A stretch of 64,000 nucleotides of DNA from Longimicrobiales bacterium (lineage in GTDB: Bacteria; Gemmatimonadota; Gemmatimonadetes; Longimicrobiales; Gaopeijiaceae): positions 256,001 through 320,000 of the forward strand of contig OZ252251.1 in NCBI GenBank assembly GCA_965249725.1, written 5' to 3'. A program made the translations under genes and the position numbers. A model generated the notes under the pieces. It worked only from the letters and a program-made list of their open reading frames with translations. It was not told where the DNA came from and searched no databases. Below are positions 1 through 8,855 of the stretch, in pieces (the first letter of the stretch is position 1; each line of letters starts with the position of its first letter).

Positions 1-788
1 CTGGCCAGGAACTGAACGACTGATTCGAGCTGCGCGGCCGTGAGCTGGGTACCGAAGATCTGGGGCATGACCCCGATGAACGCCTCGAAACCGGGAGACG
101 CGCCGGCCGACGGATTAAGGATCGACTCGCGGATGTAGTCCGCTTGTACACGCCCTCCCATCCCGTCGAAGGGCGGTCCCATCGGTGTGCCCTCACCGTT
201 GAAGTGATGACATACCAGGCAGGTGTTGGCCCGCATGATCTCGACCGGATCCAAGGACGCTGTCGCCGGAGTGGCGGCGGCGGGAGCCGTGGTCGCAGCA
301 GGAGTGGCTCCCCCAGCCTCCTCGGTGACGTCCGCACCGGAAACCGTTACCTCACCGCCCTGGGACTGGAGGAACGCTACAAGCGACCAGATCTGCGCAT
401 TGGACAGGGAGCGTCGCATGTCGGGCATGATGGGGTTGTAACCTTCTACTAGGAACGAGGCCGGGTCTGTCATGGACATGTACAGGTAGGTCTTACAATC
501 CTCCCCACTCACCCGACCGGCGCAGCGCACGCCGATGGTGCCCGTGCCGCCGTCATCCGTGAGGAGATTCGGGGCTCGCGTGCCCAGCCCATGGCAGGCC
601 ACACATCCGCCGGCGCCGTTGTAGAGGTTCTCGCCCGAGGAGACCAATTCGGCCTCGGAGACGTTGGCACCGAAAGACAGCTCCTGGGGCACTTCGGACT
701 GCACCTGTGGGATCGAATTGGCCACGAGGGTGAAGAGCGCAAGAGTCCCGATAACGACTGAGAAGATCCTCAGATTCTCTGCAAGCAT
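1..788 (-). CDS. Membrane-anchored di-heme c-type cytochrome (3' end runs off the window)
   Basis: Translated by hand because the ORF track lacks it: MLAENLRIFSVVIGTLALFTLVANSIPQVQSEVP...GGCVACHG...IMP...NTCLVCHH...VMPQIFG. It has an N-terminal TM helix, two CxxCH motifs each followed by a Met-Pro ligand region, and an Ala/Thr/Pro linker. The frame is open to base 1. Confidence 0.9.
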   Translation of the reverse strand, partial: MLAENLRIFSVVIGTLALFTLVANSIPQVQSEVPQELSFGANVSEAELVSSGENLYNGAGGCVACHGLGTRAPNLLTDDGGTGTIGVRCAGRVSGEDCKTYLYMSMTDPASFLVEGYNPIMPDMRRSLSNAQIWSLVAFLQSQGGEVTVSGADVTEEAGGATPAATTAPAAATPATASLDPVEIMRANTCLVCHHFNGEGTPMGPPFDGMGGRVQADYIRESILNPSAGASPGFEAFIGVMPQIFGTQLTAAQLESVVQFLA

Positions 789-849
789 CGTGCGTCTCAG
801 TCTCCCGAGTCAGAAGTTTCTTGGCACGTGTCGAAGGGCGAAACTGTCA

Positions 850-2658
850 TCAATCACCCGCTGCCGGCGCGAGTTCGGCACCACCGGGAGCCCCAGCCCC
901 GACGTTCGACACGATGGGCTTTTCGGCGAGTCCTCCGAGCCAGAAGATAAAGGCCACGAGCGTCAGGAAGATCAGCACACACGCCGAGATTACCACTGAA
1001 GCGTATCCCAGCGCCGGAGTCGCGGCCCACTCGCTGGTGTCCCTCATGACCTCCCAGACGTGCCAGTGCTGCCGGATTCCGCTGCGGGCAAAGCCCATGA
1101 GGCCCATCAGCCAGGTAAAGGTGACGGCGAGAATGAAGAGGGCGTACTGAGACCGAGGCGGCATCTGCCCCCAACGGATCTCGCCCCGGGACTCGGCACC
1201 TCGGGCCAGGAGCACGTCGATAATGACGACACCGAAGATCGTTACCAGAACCGCCAGCACCTGATAAACGGAGAATCCGATCCGCACGATGGCGCTGACG
1301 AAGTATCCGTAGATTCCGTAGAAGATCACGATCCCGGCCGAGATCACGAACAACGCCGCCTGAATCATGGTGCCTGTCTTGGCCCAACTCACCGTCGGCC
1401 GGATGTTCGCGCGCCGATACAGGAGGAAGGACAGGAACGTGGTCAGGATCATGATGTTCACAGCCGTATTCTTGGCGCTCATGACTCCCAGGACACCCAA
1501 GAACGGGTGGTTGGTACCGCCCATGGCGGCGATCTCTTCTCGGTTGGCGATCATGGTGTGCGGCGTCGCCCATACCATCACGCCGATCACAAGTACCACC
1601 AGCATGTACTTGGTATACGGCGTGAAGCGCTCTGCCCCTGGAATCCGGCCCATTCCCACCCACAGGTAGTAGTTACCGGTCAGGAAGAGCACGCCGATGA
1701 GGAAGGCCTGGATGATCCAAAGCCAACTCATGAAGCCGCCCATCATGGTGATGCCCATCTGCTGGTTGAACTCGTAGATCTCGCGTCCCAGGTAGTAACC
1801 GGCGAACGGTAGGACGATGAGCGCTCCGATGGCGATCAGGTTGCCGACGTAGCCCATCCAGTCGTAGTGGGCGCGTTCCTCGTCGGTCGTGGCCAAAAGG
1901 AAGCGGTACGCGGCGTAAGCGCCCACGATCGCCCCGCCGAAGACCACGTTGGCGATGATCCGGTGGATATTGATCGGCATCCAGGTGGCGTTGGCGAAAG
2001 CACTCCAGAACTGAACCATAGCAGGCGCCGTGTCGGGGCCGACGTCGGCGGGTGGGCTCATCATGTACGTCAGCCAAGAGTTGGCGATCAACATGACGAT
2101 CGTGCCCCAGACGTTGAGCAGGATACCCAGGGTCCAGTGGCCGAGCTTGGCCCGTCCCTTCTTCCAGCGATCCCAGCCGTAGTAGTAGAGGTAGAGCGTA
2201 AAGGACTCGAGGAAAAAGAGCCCGACGTAGACCCACATCGAGTACTCGAAAACCTCAGCCAAATAGATCCAGAGTCTCGGATAGAGCGTGACGAGCAGGA
2301 ACGACAGGATCGCTCCCCAAATTGCCGTCGCGGAGTACGCAACCAGGAGGAGCCGCGTGAATTCCTTGGCCAGCTTGTCGTACTTCTCGTGTCCGCCGAA
2401 GATTCCGATGGCCTCCGCGACCACCGCGAACATCGGGACTCCCAGCACGAATGCGGCGAAGAGAAGGTGCACCTGCGCCGCGACCCAAACCGCGACGCGA
2501 CTCCCGACCAGGGGGAAGTCACCGTACTCCCGCATCGCAACGTCCTGTGCCCATGCGACGTCCGGGAAGATCTGGAAGGCCAGGGTCACCAGGCCGAAGG
2601 CTCCCAGGAGCTTCAAAGTCGTTCCACCGCGCCGAGCCGTCGGCTCCCGTCGACTCAT
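850..2658 (-). CDS. Cytochrome bd-like oxidase subunit I, Nitrospira-like (OR-N type)
   Basis: Multi-TM protein with CydA-like motifs AQVHLLF, FFLESF, ANSW, NIHRII and RSGIRQHW (variant of GRQPW). No recognisable quinol-binding Q-loop. RBS AAAGGA lies before GTG/ATG at 2661/2658. Confidence 0.85.
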   Translation of the reverse strand: MSRREPTARRGGTTLKLLGAFGLVTLAFQIFPDVAWAQDVAMREYGDFPLVGSRVAVWVAAQVHLLFAAFVLGVPMFAVVAEAIGIFGGHEKYDKLAKEFTRLLLVAYSATAIWGAILSFLLVTLYPRLWIYLAEVFEYSMWVYVGLFFLESFTLYLYYYGWDRWKKGRAKLGHWTLGILLNVWGTIVMLIANSWLTYMMSPPADVGPDTAPAMVQFWSAFANATWMPINIHRIIANVVFGGAIVGAYAAYRFLLATTDEERAHYDWMGYVGNLIAIGALIVLPFAGYYLGREIYEFNQQMGITMMGGFMSWLWIIQAFLIGVLFLTGNYYLWVGMGRIPGAERFTPYTKYMLVVLVIGVMVWATPHTMIANREEIAAMGGTNHPFLGVLGVMSAKNTAVNIMILTTFLSFLLYRRANIRPTVSWAKTGTMIQAALFVISAGIVIFYGIYGYFVSAIVRIGFSVYQVLAVLVTIFGVVIIDVLLARGAESRGEIRWGQMPPRSQYALFILAVTFTWLMGLMGFARSGIRQHWHVWEVMRDTSEWAATPALGYASVVISACVLIFLTLVAFIFWLGGLAEKPIVSNVGAGAPGGAELAPAAGD

Positions 2659-2696
2659 CACGGTTCCTTTCTCGTCCACCGGTTTGGGGCGCGGAA

Positions 2697-4034
2697 TCAA
2701 GCCGACCCTCCTCGTCCGAGGAAGAACGGCAATTTCTTCGAGAAGTCCACGGGGAGGCTGTTACGCACCTCTTCCATGACTTCGATATCTACGCTGGAGT
2801 AGCCCCTCTCGAGGGCGAATTTCTCGACGCGGGCCGTGACCACTCCCCGCACGAAGCTCGGGACCTTGTCCAACCGAGCACGGGCCTCTGGGGACCACGA
2901 CAGCCCTGACGTGGCCGCCTGACCGTATGCCACGGTCTTTCGCGGGGCCACCAGCGGCACATCACCCGTGGGGTCGTACAGGCAGGAGTCGTCCGGGCCC
3001 AGGAAGTCTCCCCCGTCGGCGTAAGCCCGCGCGCGGCAGCCACCGCACACCTCTCGGTACTCGCACCGACCACAACGCCCGGAGAGCTGGCCCGACCGAA
3101 GGTCGGTGAAGACCTCGGAAGTCTGCCAGGTCGTGCGGAAACTGTCGGTCATCAGGTCTCCGGCCACCACGGGCATGTAGGGGCAAGGCGTCACCTTGCC
3201 CTCCGGCGTTATACGCACGTAGTGAACGCCACACGGGCAGCGGGTCTCGTAGTTCAGCAACGGAGAGTCCGGATCGCCCTGGAGGACGTGGCGCATGAGC
3301 TGCGGCTGACACTTGGAGCGGATCATCATCCGGCCCCGGTAGGTCTGTTCGAGCTCGACCAACTCCTTGAGGACCTCGTCATTCTCCGCCGGGGTCATGC
3401 CCTTCATCAACTCAGCCCGACCCGTCGGGACGACGAAATAGACGTTGAACGAAACGGCGCCGGCGGTGGCGGACCATTCCGCCAAATCGGCGATTTCCTG
3501 CCGATTTCCCGTGGTCACTGTCGTCTGAATGACGAAATCGAGTTTGCGGTCCGCACATCGTGCGACGGCTGCCATGGTATCGGTCAGCGCGCCGCCGCCG
3601 TGGCGGAAGCGATCGTGGTATTCGGACCTGAGCGAGTCGATGCTGACTGCGACACCCTTGACTCCGGCGGTCATCAGCGAGTCGATGCGTTCCTCCGTCA
3701 ACCCGGTGCCATTGGTTCCGACGACCACGGTGGCGCCCCTCGAGGACGCTCGCTCGGCGATCGCCTCGAGATCGTCGCGCACCAGAGGCTCCCCACCCGT
3801 CAGGATGAGCATCGGGTTGGGGTTCACGTCGAGAATCTCGTCCAGGACGCGGAAGCACTCTTCGGTCGAGAGCTCTTCGGAGGCCAGGTGCCACGACCCG
3901 GCGGAGATGTAGCAGTGGGCGCACTCGAGGTTGCACCGCTTGGTCAGATTCCACGCAACGACGTGCGGCACATAACTCTCGCCGGAGCGCTCACTTCGAG
4001 TCTCTCCCCGCTCGGTGGGAACCGGAGGCGTCAT
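2697..4034 (-). CDS. Radical SAM/SPASM protein, AhbD/NirJ-like, with C-terminal PCP_red-like domain
   Basis: VAWNLTKRCNLECAHC, ILTGGEPL, SPASM cysteines (CPCG..PCPY..CGRCEYREVCGGCRARA..C) and tail WSPEARARLDKVPSFVRGVVTARVEKFA. Start trimmed to the ATG at 4034. Confidence 0.85.
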   Translation of the reverse strand: MTPPVPTERGETRSERSGESYVPHVVAWNLTKRCNLECAHCYISAGSWHLASEELSTEECFRVLDEILDVNPNPMLILTGGEPLVRDDLEAIAERASSRGATVVVGTNGTGLTEERIDSLMTAGVKGVAVSIDSLRSEYHDRFRHGGGALTDTMAAVARCADRKLDFVIQTTVTTGNRQEIADLAEWSATAGAVSFNVYFVVPTGRAELMKGMTPAENDEVLKELVELEQTYRGRMMIRSKCQPQLMRHVLQGDPDSPLLNYETRCPCGVHYVRITPEGKVTPCPYMPVVAGDLMTDSFRTTWQTSEVFTDLRSGQLSGRCGRCEYREVCGGCRARAYADGGDFLGPDDSCLYDPTGDVPLVAPRKTVAYGQAATSGLSWSPEARARLDKVPSFVRGVVTARVEKFALERGYSSVDIEVMEEVRNSLPVDFSKKLPFFLGRGGSA

Positions 4035-4069
4035 GGTCGCCGCTGAGGGGGTCTGGTCGAGACTTCGGA

Positions 4070-6202
4070 TCACGCTTTGCCGGTCTCTTTGTTCATGAAC
4101 TGCTCGACCGCGGCCTTGGCGTCCTCGGGAGAGACGGTCTTGAAGTCCACGGGACACTCGTCGGCCGCCTCCGCCACATCACGGATGGGGCAGCGCGTCA
4201 CGCCGCTGGCCTTGGCCTCTTCGATGAACTTCCGCATTTCAGGCGTGATGCCGTCCACTCCCTCCGCCTCGGCCCTGATCTGTTTGGTCTGTAGCTCGCG
4301 GAACATCACCAGCATGGTGTCCATGTCGAACTCGTCCGCCTCGATCATGGCCTGCTTGTTCTCGTCCATAACGGGGGTCGTCACTCGCCAGATGTCATGC
4401 TCACGAGCGAAGCGCTCCACTGTGTTCCGGGCCAAGGGCCGCGCGATGAGTGGAACGGCCTTGAGTCGCTCGAAGGCTTCCTGGGTCCACTGGACGGGGT
4501 CCTTGGCTTCGCGCTCGCGGTTCTCGATGTGGCCGGTGTACGGGCATTTCACCGATACCATGGGCGCCTCCGGCACCGGATCGGCGTCCAAGCCCTCTAT
4601 CACCGTGCGCTTCATCGCCTCATCGGCCTTCACCTCGGCCAGGGCGAGCTCCTCGGCAGTGCCGATCCCCATGATCAACTGCATATGTGTGGGGAGCAGC
4701 TTCTGAATGGCCTCGTCCAGCCGGGAGCTGGTCACCATCGGGAGGCCGTCGGCTCCGAGAGGCGGCACCGCTGTGCCGCTCACCCCGTTCGTGACACCCG
4801 CCTCGTTCGCGTCGGCTCCGTCGGATCCGGCGCCGTTCGGGGTGATGCCATTCGCCGGGCGGATCGAATCCTCGCGGTAGGTTCCGTTGGCGCCCGGTCC
4901 GTAGTTGTCCAGCACGTACTCTTCGACTGCCTTGCGTGCTATGCCGAGCGCGAAGCTCGGTACCCGCAGAATCCGGACTTCGGCGTCGGGGGACCACTCC
5001 AGTCCGGTCTCACCGTCCTCTTCGATCCACGGGATGTCGTCGGGGCGCACGTCCTGGGTCCCCACCAAGAGGATGTTGCTGGGAGCCAGGCGGCAGAGAT
5101 TGTCCGACTGCGAGCCCATGTCGGTGCCCTCGACCCGGTGCCCGCCGTGGCGCGCCAACACCACCAGGCTCGGCTCGAGCTCCTCTATCCACTGGAGAAT
5201 GCACTGGAATGGCTTCCCGATGAGGATCTGGGTCTCGACCTCGACATCGGGGAACTCGTCCGCCATCACCTGCGCTCGCTTGAGGTTCGCCTGAGCGAGC
5301 TTCAAAAGACCCTTGTCGATGATGTTGTTATGGAGCTCTTCCTGCTCCTCGAACTTGAACACCTTCGAGGCCTGGACCGAGAGGATGTCCTTGATGTTTC
5401 CGAACACGGCGTGGTGGTATTCCACGTCGAAGGCCGAACACACGTGGAGCTTGGCTCCGAACTCCCTCGCCATCTCGAGAGCCAGACGCATGGCCTTATA
5501 GGCATACGAGGATCCATCGACGCAGATGATCCAGTTCCCGTTGGCCAAGGCCTTGTCGTCGCGCACGATCAGGGTGTCCTTCTCGACCCCGCGGATCACG
5601 CGGGAGATCATGCCACCGAGCTGGGAATAGGGCTGCTTACCGATGCCATGAGCACCGATGACCAACAGGTCGTACTTGCGGCCGCTCGAGCCGGCGAGCT
5701 TCTCGTCGTGCTCTTCGTCCTCCGCGATGATTCGTCCGTCTTCATCGATGGCCACGTCGCTCCGAACCTTGTCACCGCCGTCATACTTGTCGGCGATATT
5801 CGGATCGAAGCCGATCAGGCTCGGTAGCTGCCCGTGGCCGGCGTTGGCCTCGCGGATGATCTCCTCGTAGTGAATTCCCTCAAGGAGCTGCCTGGTGAGG
5901 GTGACTCCGGCGGCGTCACATGCCTTCGACGTTTGGTCGAGGAACGAGTCGGAGATGAGCTGAAGCCCCTTCTCGATCAGCTTGTCGTGGATCTTGCGTT
6001 GCCGCTTGATCTCTTCGGCGCTCTGGAATTGAGCTGGAAGGCCGGTTTCGAGTTGCCGAAAGCGCACGTCGTGCAGACGAGCTGCATAGACATGGTTGCC
6101 GGTAATCTGTCCGTCTGAGTGGGAACAGAATTCGATGGCCCGGTCCACGGCCCAATGCGAATGCTCGGAATTGTCTACAGGTACGAAGATTTCACGGTAC
6201 AT
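4070..6202 (-). CDS. Tandem universal stress protein (USP) domains plus two PCP_red-like modules
   Basis: MYREIFVPVDNSEHS..LLVIGAHG and IICVDGSSYA..LVVLARHG USP signatures, then WSPDAEVRILRVPSF and WTQEAFERLKAVPLIAR modules. RBS GAGGTG lies before the ATG at 6202. Confidence 0.85.
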   Translation of the reverse strand: MYREIFVPVDNSEHSHWAVDRAIEFCSHSDGQITGNHVYAARLHDVRFRQLETGLPAQFQSAEEIKRQRKIHDKLIEKGLQLISDSFLDQTSKACDAAGVTLTRQLLEGIHYEEIIREANAGHGQLPSLIGFDPNIADKYDGGDKVRSDVAIDEDGRIIAEDEEHDEKLAGSSGRKYDLLVIGAHGIGKQPYSQLGGMISRVIRGVEKDTLIVRDDKALANGNWIICVDGSSYAYKAMRLALEMAREFGAKLHVCSAFDVEYHHAVFGNIKDILSVQASKVFKFEEQEELHNNIIDKGLLKLAQANLKRAQVMADEFPDVEVETQILIGKPFQCILQWIEELEPSLVVLARHGGHRVEGTDMGSQSDNLCRLAPSNILLVGTQDVRPDDIPWIEEDGETGLEWSPDAEVRILRVPSFALGIARKAVEEYVLDNYGPGANGTYREDSIRPANGITPNGAGSDGADANEAGVTNGVSGTAVPPLGADGLPMVTSSRLDEAIQKLLPTHMQLIMGIGTAEELALAEVKADEAMKRTVIEGLDADPVPEAPMVSVKCPYTGHIENREREAKDPVQWTQEAFERLKAVPLIARPLARNTVERFAREHDIWRVTTPVMDENKQAMIEADEFDMDTMLVMFRELQTKQIRAEAEGVDGITPEMRKFIEEAKASGVTRCPIRDVAEAADECPVDFKTVSPEDAKAAVEQFMNKETGKA

Positions 6203-6597
6203 AAACACCTCGGGCACAGCCCATTAGCCAAACGCCTTCGCTCTGGTGGCGGCACCACGCCTTCCTCTCGAAGACATCTGGAGAATCCACTCTTCCCCCC
6301 CAAATGGGAGAGCGGATCATCGATCCAGGCCGAACTTCACCAGCTAGACCTCAGGCGCTCGGCGACGATTATCGTTGCCACAGCCTATAGGTATAAGGGG
6401 CCGGCGGCGCCGAACCCCGTAAACGAGGATTCAAGTCCTCGTAGACCTCGTATTATGCCCTTGTACCGTGTGTCCCGCGAGCCTCTGTCCTTCCCCTCCG
6501 AGGCCCGAGAGATGGTCCTACCGCCACTTGTCCGCGACGGGATCAATCGGGGCGTGCTATCCCGCCCCGGAGAAAATCACGGATCCTGCCGGGGGCC

Positions 6598-6627
6598 AGT
6601 ATACCCGGTCCTTCTGAGAACTGTCAA
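6598..6627 (-). promoter_or_regulatory. Putative sigma70 promoter TTGACA-N18-TATACT
   Basis: Near-consensus -35 (6627-6622) and -10 (6603-6598) on the minus strand, facing the USP/radical SAM/oxidase genes. Confidence 0.6.
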
Positions 6628-6682
6628 TAAACCCAAAGGGCCGTCTGGGCTGCGTCGGAAACGCCCATATTAAAGACGGAAA

Positions 6683-7396
6683 TCAGGTCCGTGCACGGAC
6701 CGTCAAATATCGTCCTAGAGCCCCGGTCAAGAGCAGCCCTGCCAGCAGCACCAGGGTCGGAAGGAGGAGGTCCGACGAGGGCCCGGCCCCTCCTGTGCTC
6801 CCGTCTACGTCGAGTAGGCTCTCGTGCAGCGGACGAAACGGAATCCACCGCTCCGCGGCGGCCCCCAGGCTTCCAGGGATCGGTGAACGGAACGTGCCGC
6901 CGACGTGCAGGAGGAGCAGCGCCGAGACTGCCGAAAACAGGGCTCCCTCCGCCACGGATCGCGCTACCGCCGCCGCCCAGGCTCCGAGGAGGTTGGCCGT
7001 GAGGATCGCAGCAGCAAAGGAGAGCAAGAGGACTCCCACCTGCGACGGCGACGCGCCCCGGGCGCCGACGATCAGCACGATGGATGGGATCAACTCCAAT
7101 ACGTCGAGTGCGGCGGATGCGAACACGCGCTGGAGAATGAGCCCACCAGGGTGAGCTCCCGCCAGCGCATATCGTGCGAGCAGGCCTGATTCACCGTCGC
7201 GGATGAGCGGGATGCTCGACCCGAAGGTGCCGAAGAGCGCGAACAGCACCGTAAAGACCGCTGCGGCGTGCGCCGCCGGGGCTGCGCTCAAGGCGATAGG
7301 CGCCACGAGTACCAGTGGAATCATCGTGTTGAGGGCCAGGAGCCGCCTTCGTCGCCCGGCTACGATCCATTCGCTCTTCCAGATGGGAAGGGTCAC
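6683..7396 (-). CDS. ABC-2-type transporter permease
   Basis: About six hydrophobic segments with an RDGESGLLARY loop. GTGA overlap with the ATPase gene. Confidence 0.75.
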   Translation of the reverse strand: MTLPIWKSEWIVAGRRRRLLALNTMIPLVLVAPIALSAAPAAHAAAVFTVLFALFGTFGSSIPLIRDGESGLLARYALAGAHPGGLILQRVFASAALDVLELIPSIVLIVGARGASPSQVGVLLLSFAAAILTANLLGAWAAAVARSVAEGALFSAVSALLLLHVGGTFRSPIPGSLGAAAERWIPFRPLHESLLDVDGSTGGAGPSSDLLLPTLVLLAGLLLTGALGRYLTVRART

Positions 7397-8343
7397 GCCT
7401 CTGGCCCCCCGTCCCCGGCTCCCCTCATGTCGAGTCCGGTGAGTCGAGTGAAGACATCGGCAAGATCCGGTTCACGCACCTCGACACTCTTGATCTGGCA
7501 GCCTGTGCCCAGGATCGCCTCGGTGAGGCGCGGTAGGACCCCTACGCCGGAGTGGCTCTCAGCCACGATGCGGCCTGGAAGCACGGTCACCTCCACCTGA
7601 CCCGTCCCGTCCAGCTTGATCTCGGAGGGGGTCTCTCCCGACAACTGAAACTCGATCCGGGTCGCGCCGCGCAGCTCCTCGAGGAGTTCGGCCGTGGAGC
7701 CCTGCGCCACGATCTCACCCTCCGATAGAAATACCACGCGCGTGGCGAGGCGTTGGGCCAGAGCGGGCTCGTTGGTTGCCACGAGCGTGCAGGCACCGGC
7801 CCGAGAGCGCTCCTCCAGGATCGACACCAGGGCGGACTGGGACGGCGGGTCGAGTGCGAGGGCCGGCTCGTCCAGAACCAGCAACTCGGGCTGGTGGGCG
7901 AGGGCTTCGACCAACAACAGCTTCCTTCTCATCCCGTAGGAGTACTCGGCCACCGGAACGTCGCGTACGTGCTCCAGGCCGAATGCCGTGAACAGCGGTG
8001 CCAGAGCGGCGTTGGCCTCGTCCTGCCCGAGCCCGTAGAGCTCTCCAAACAGGGCAGCGTTCTCCAGCCCGGTGAGCGCGTCCACATGTACGGGCTCGTC
8101 CTGCATGACGCCGAGTCGCCGTCGGACTTCCCGTGGAACTGCACGGTGACTCTCGCCGAAGAGGAGTAGTTGGCCGGGGCGCGAGGGAAGTGCGGTGGAT
8201 ATCAGACTCAGAAGGGTGCTCTTACCCGAGCCGTTCGGGCCCATGGCCACCAGGCGCTCGCCCGGGTCGCCCGCCAGCGAAACGTTCCGGAGGCCGAGCC
8301 GCCCCGAGGGATACGTGTATCCGAGTTCCCTGGCCTCGAACAA
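7393..8343 (-). CDS. ABC transporter ATP-binding protein
   Basis: Walker A GPNGSGKST, signature YSYGM, Walker B LLVLDEP. Likely TTG start at 8343 after a GGAGGAG RBS. Confidence 0.85.
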   Translation of the reverse strand: MFEARELGYTYPSGRLGLRNVSLAGDPGERLVAMGPNGSGKSTLLSLISTALPSRPGQLLLFGESHRAVPREVRRRLGVMQDEPVHVDALTGLENAALFGELYGLGQDEANAALAPLFTAFGLEHVRDVPVAEYSYGMRRKLLLVEALAHQPELLVLDEPALALDPPSQSALVSILEERSRAGACTLVATNEPALAQRLATRVVFLSEGEIVAQGSTAELLEELRGATRIEFQLSGETPSEIKLDGTGQVEVTVLPGRIVAESHSGVGVLPRLTEAILGTGCQIKSVEVREPDLADVFTRLTGLDMRGAGDGGPEA

Positions 8344-8345
8344 GC

Positions 8346-8855
8346 CTACATCTCCTCCAAGCCCAGCTCGGTCCGGGCCCGGTTCATGGTGTCGGGCGTC
8401 ATCTCGGCCACCCCGTTCTCCTTGGCCCAGTCGATGTAGATCCGCTTCACCATGCCCCGTACGAAGCTCGGGACCTTCTCCAGGCGCTCCTTCGCTTCTG
8501 GGCTCCACCCGACCGATTGGCCGGGTTGCAGGGTCGGCTCGACTTCCGGGGATTGCTCGCCTCCCGCGGATTGCTCGGACGGCTGCCTGGGGATGTCTCC
8601 CGAGATATCGAAAGCCTCTTCTCTTCCACCCTCCAGAGACGTGCGCACCATTTCCATGGGCTGCGTGGGAACCCCCCGACCGCCGATCTTCACACCCAAG
8701 CTCGATACGAGCTGCGTCTCCATCGGGTTCGTGAGCATCGCCACTTCCCGACCGCAGGAGCCGCAGCTGAAAACCGCGGTGAGCGTGCCGTCGCCGGGAA
8801 GCTGTCGCTCGGCGAAATCCATTACGTCGTCACATTCGAGACAGAGGAACTTCAT
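8346..8855 (-). CDS. Zn-ribbon-like (CxxC..CxxC) protein with C-terminal PCP_red-like domain
   Basis: MKFLCLECD...FSCGSCG, then WSPEAKERLEKVPSFVRGMVKRIYIDWAKENG. ATGA overlap with mrp. Confidence 0.8.
   Translation of the reverse strand: MKFLCLECDDVMDFAERQLPGDGTLTAVFSCGSCGREVAMLTNPMETQLVSSLGVKIGGRGVPTQPMEMVRTSLEGGREEAFDISGDIPRQPSEQSAGGEQSPEVEPTLQPGQSVGWSPEAKERLEKVPSFVRGMVKRIYIDWAKENGVAEMTPDTMNRARTELGLEEM

Noticed and set aside
6119..6673. 184-aa plus-strand ORF across the intergenic gap, and the many long antisense ORFs in the track
   Set aside because: No recognisable motifs or RBS. Long shadow ORFs are expected opposite real genes in GC-rich DNA.
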